Below the pieces are notes generated by a model, which searched no databases, had not been told where the DNA came from, and saw only the letters and a program-made list of their open reading frames with translations. The position numbers and the translations under genes are program-made. 32,000 nucleotides of DNA from contig NZ_LN831024.1 in NCBI RefSeq assembly GCF_001457615.1, positions 1,110,001 to 1,142,000 on the forward strand. Direction: 5' to 3'. Numbering within the stretch: position 1 is the stretch's first letter; each line of letters starts with the position of its first letter. Source of the stretch: Pseudomonas aeruginosa (GTDB lineage Bacteria; Pseudomonadota; Gammaproteobacteria; Pseudomonadales; Pseudomonadaceae). Shown here one piece after another: positions 29,599 through 32,000 of this stretch.

Positions 29599-30063
29599 TC
29601 AGTTGCCGAAACGCCCGTCCAGGCGTTCGGCGCGGAATTCCAGGGTGCTGGCGCGATAGCCCGGACGCAGCGGCGGCAGCGGCAGGCAATCGTGCCAGCT
29701 GTCGCCGCCGAGCAGGGCGTTCGGCGCCCGGTAGCGCGGGCTGTCGAAGCTGGTGTCGGCCAGGTTGACGCTGTCGCCGGGGCGGTAGGCGGCGATCCTC
29801 CAGCGTAGCTCCAGCAACGGACGGTCGCTGCCGTTCTTCAGTTCGACCGCCAGCGGCCGGTCCACCGGACAGCGTTCCGGCGCATAGCTCAGGCGCAGTT
29901 CCTGGCGTTGCAGGTGGCGGCTTTCGTCGTTGTCCTGCCAGATCACCCAGGCCGCCACCAGGCCCAGCCCGGCGAGAGCCGCCAGGGAGACCGGCAGGGC
30001 CTTGGCCGGGTATCGGACGAGGAGGATGACCCAGGTGAGAACCAGCAGCGCACCGATCAGCAT
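29599..30063 (-). CDS. Hypothetical protein with two N-terminal TM segments, about 154 aa
   Basis: MLIGALLVLTWVILLVRYPAKALPVSLAALAGLGLVAAWVIWQDNDESRHLQRQELRLSYAPERC...; start taken at 30063. Confidence 0.75.
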   Translation of the reverse strand: MLIGALLVLTWVILLVRYPAKALPVSLAALAGLGLVAAWVIWQDNDESRHLQRQELRLSYAPERCPVDRPLAVELKNGSDRPLLELRWRIAAYRPGDSVNLADTSFDSPRYRAPNALLGGDSWHDCLPLPPLRPGYRASTLEFRAERLDGRFGN

Positions 30064-30234
30064 TGAAATGTCCTTTCTTCGAAGCCGAGGGGACATCCTA
30101 GCGCACTGCTGCGTATCGCAGGCGGTACGGGCACGCTTACGCGGCGGAGGCGCCGCGATATGCGCAAGGGAGGCCGAAAGTCGGGGATGCGGGTTTCGGC
30201 AGGCTGGGGATAGCCGCCGCCCCCGGCCGCGCCG

Positions 30235-30630
30235 TCATTCGCAGCGGCGCTTGCCGCCCGGCGTCAGCAGACGCTCCAGCTCGACGAACAGGCGCTCGGC
30301 GTCCTGCGCCTCGCAGTCCTCGCCGTAGCGCTTCTTCAGGCCGTGTTCGCTGAGGGTCAGGTGCAGGGTTGGGACTACCTCGTGGCGCGCCAGGCAGCCT
30401 TTCACGCAATGCAGCGGGCAACCGTCGAGGGCCAGGATCGGTCGCCCGGAGCGGGCCCGGCGGACCAGCAGCGGGACGTCGCCGCCGACTCCGGCGATGC
30501 AGGACATCTCCGCCAGCCGGGCGCGATCCAGGCGCAGCGCGAGATCGTTGGCCAGTTGCGCCACGTTGGAGCAGCCGGAGCAGGCGTAGACCAGGGGAAG
30601 GGGATCGTCGGGGCTGCGTTCGAACATCAT
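30235..30630 (-). CDS. Putative zinc-binding DGC-domain protein, 131 aa
   Basis: VYACSGCSNVAQLANDLALRLD...AEMSCIAGVGGDVPLLVRRARSGRPILALDGCPLHCVKGCLARH: CxxC and DGCPLHC motifs. Confidence 0.85.
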   Translation of the reverse strand: MMFERSPDDPLPLVYACSGCSNVAQLANDLALRLDRARLAEMSCIAGVGGDVPLLVRRARSGRPILALDGCPLHCVKGCLARHEVVPTLHLTLSEHGLKKRYGEDCEAQDAERLFVELERLLTPGGKRRCE

Positions 30631-30687
30631 GACGGGCGCCTCGTGGAAGGAAGCCGCCAGTATCGACGCAGCGCCGCGGTGGATTTC

Positions 30688-30701
30688 TTGACCGGAATCA
30701 A
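30688..30701 (-). promoter_or_regulatory. ANR/DNR (FNR-type) box upstream of the DGC-domain gene
   Basis: Plus strand TTGACCGGAATCAA; minus strand TTGAT-TCCG-GTCAA, 9 of 10 conserved positions of TTGAT-N4-ATCAA; centre about 64 bp from the start at 30630. Confidence 0.65.
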
Positions 30702-30714
30702 GCCCGCGCGCGGC

Positions 30715-31374
30715 TCACACCAGGTCGTTCTCCACCGCCCACACCGCGGCCTCGACCCGCGAACGCATGCCGAGCTTGTGCAGCACCCGCTTGACATGGA
30801 CCTTCACCGTGCCTTCGGTGATGTCCAGCTTTCGCGCGATCATCTTGTTGCTGTAGCCGTGGGCGATCTGGCGGAGGATCTGCCGTTCGCGCTCGGTCAG
30901 CTCGTCGAGGCTCTTCGAGCGGTCGTCGCCCCGCAGGGCCTGGGCGAGGATCTGGGTCAACTGCGGGCTGAGGGTCATCTGTCCGGTGGCGGCCTGGCGG
31001 ATGTGCTCGAGCAGGCGCTCCGGCTCCATGTCCTTGAGCAGGTAGCCGTCGGCGCCGGCGCGCAGGACGTTGACCACGTCGCCCTTGTCGTCGGACACGG
31101 TGAACACCACGATGCGCGCGTCGACTCCGGCCTCGCGCAACGCGCGCAGGGTATCCAGGCCGTTCATGCCCTTCATGTTCAGGTCCAGCAGGATCATGTC
31201 CGGGTCCAGCTCGGCGGCCAGGCGCAGGGCTTCCTCGCCGCTGCCGGCCTCGCCGACCACGCTGAGGTCGTCTTCCAGTTCGAGCAACTGGGCGACGCCC
31301 TTGCGCATCATCGGATGGTCGTCCACCAGCAGCAGGCGAACCGGCTCGTCGGCGGTGGCTGGCATGTCCGTCAT
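30715..31374 (-). CDS. narL: Nitrate-responsive response regulator NarL
   Basis: Receiver [42 protein letters not shown]; LuxR-type [46 protein letters not shown]. Confidence 0.94.
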   Translation of the reverse strand: MTDMPATADEPVRLLLVDDHPMMRKGVAQLLELEDDLSVVGEAGSGEEALRLAAELDPDMILLDLNMKGMNGLDTLRALREAGVDARIVVFTVSDDKGDVVNVLRAGADGYLLKDMEPERLLEHIRQAATGQMTLSPQLTQILAQALRGDDRSKSLDELTERERQILRQIAHGYSNKMIARKLDITEGTVKVHVKRVLHKLGMRSRVEAAVWAVENDLV

Positions 31375-32000
31375 GGGGTCGGCTCCTTGGCGGCGGAGGG
31401 TTGCAGGGCGGTCGGCACGAAGCTGAAGAGCACTCGCGTGCCGTGGGGCGCGCGCGCTTCGAAGCGCAACTGGCTGCCGAGGGTCTGGCCGCGCTCCTGC
31501 ATGATGGTAAGCCCATAATGGCCGCTACGGTTCTGCTGCGGATCAAAGCCGACGCCATCGTCCTCGACGGCGATGCTCACCTGGCCGTCGGCCTGGCTGC
31601 TCAGGCGCACCCAGGCCCGTTGCGCCTGCGAATGGCGAACCACGTTGGAGAGCGCCTCGCGGACGATCTGCAGGACGTGGATTTCCTCGTTGGGGCTCAG
31701 CGGCACGTGTTGCAGGCGGTTGTCCAGTTCGATCGTCACCTCGCCGCGCTCGCCGAACTCGGCCACGGCGTTCCCCAGCGCGGCTTCCAGGCTCGGCTCG
31801 TCGAGGCTGAGGCGGAAGGTGGTGAGCAGTTCGCGCAGTTGCCGGTAGGCGCCGTTGAGGCCTTCGCGCAGTTCGTCGAGGGTGTCCTCGATCTTCTCCG
31901 CCGGCGCCTCGCGCTTGAGCAGGGTGCCCAGGCGGCTGACCTGGATCTTCAGGTAGGACAGCGACTGTGCCAGCGAGTCGTGCAGTTCGCGGGCGATGGT
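31371..32000 (-). CDS. narX: Nitrate sensor histidine kinase NarX, 3' part; gene continues past the window edge
   Basis: Frame appears open to 32000: [15 protein letters not shown]...[41 protein letters not shown]...[18 protein letters not shown]. HisKA_3/HATPase features; start overlaps narL. Confidence 0.92.
   Translation of the reverse strand, partial: TIARELHDSLAQSLSYLKIQVSRLGTLLKREAPAEKIEDTLDELREGLNGAYRQLRELLTTFRLSLDEPSLEAALGNAVAEFGERGEVTIELDNRLQHVPLSPNEEIHVLQIVREALSNVVRHSQAQRAWVRLSSQADGQVSIAVEDDGVGFDPQQNRSGHYGLTIMQERGQTLGSQLRFEARAPHGTRVLFSFVPTALQPSAAKEPTP

Overview
This window looks like ordinary Pseudomonas aeruginosa chromosome, with gene order matching my memory of roughly PA3909 down to PA3878. 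I assigned names from protein content and neighbourhood; no database search was run. Left to right it contains: the 3' part of an extracellular endonuclease (eddB-like); a tightly overlapping five-gene T6SS effector module (PAAR4, DUF4123 chaperone tecT, co-chaperone, toxin tseT, immunity tsiT); prfC; a vertebrate lysozyme inhibitor (ivy); a fecA/fecR/fecI-type iron signalling system with a Fur-like box; an AraC regulator, an EamA transporter and a 2-hydroxyacid dehydrogenase; a LysR regulator divergent from an OMF/FUSC/DUF1656/HlyD efflux operon; an opuC-type osmoprotectant ABC transporter; nhaP; a HAD hydrolase; tpbA; several small membrane or metabolic genes; and narL with partial narX. I found no rRNA, tRNA, CRISPR array, prophage or transposon. 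The most notable signal is an apparent reading-frame break in the 5' part of tseT. Other notable signals are a perfect 20-bp inverted repeat next to REP-like palindromes in the eddB/tsiT gap, a perfect 8-3-8 Fur-like palindrome, and an ANR/DNR-like box upstream of a small DGC-domain cysteine protein. I see no convincing evidence for a wholly new system.
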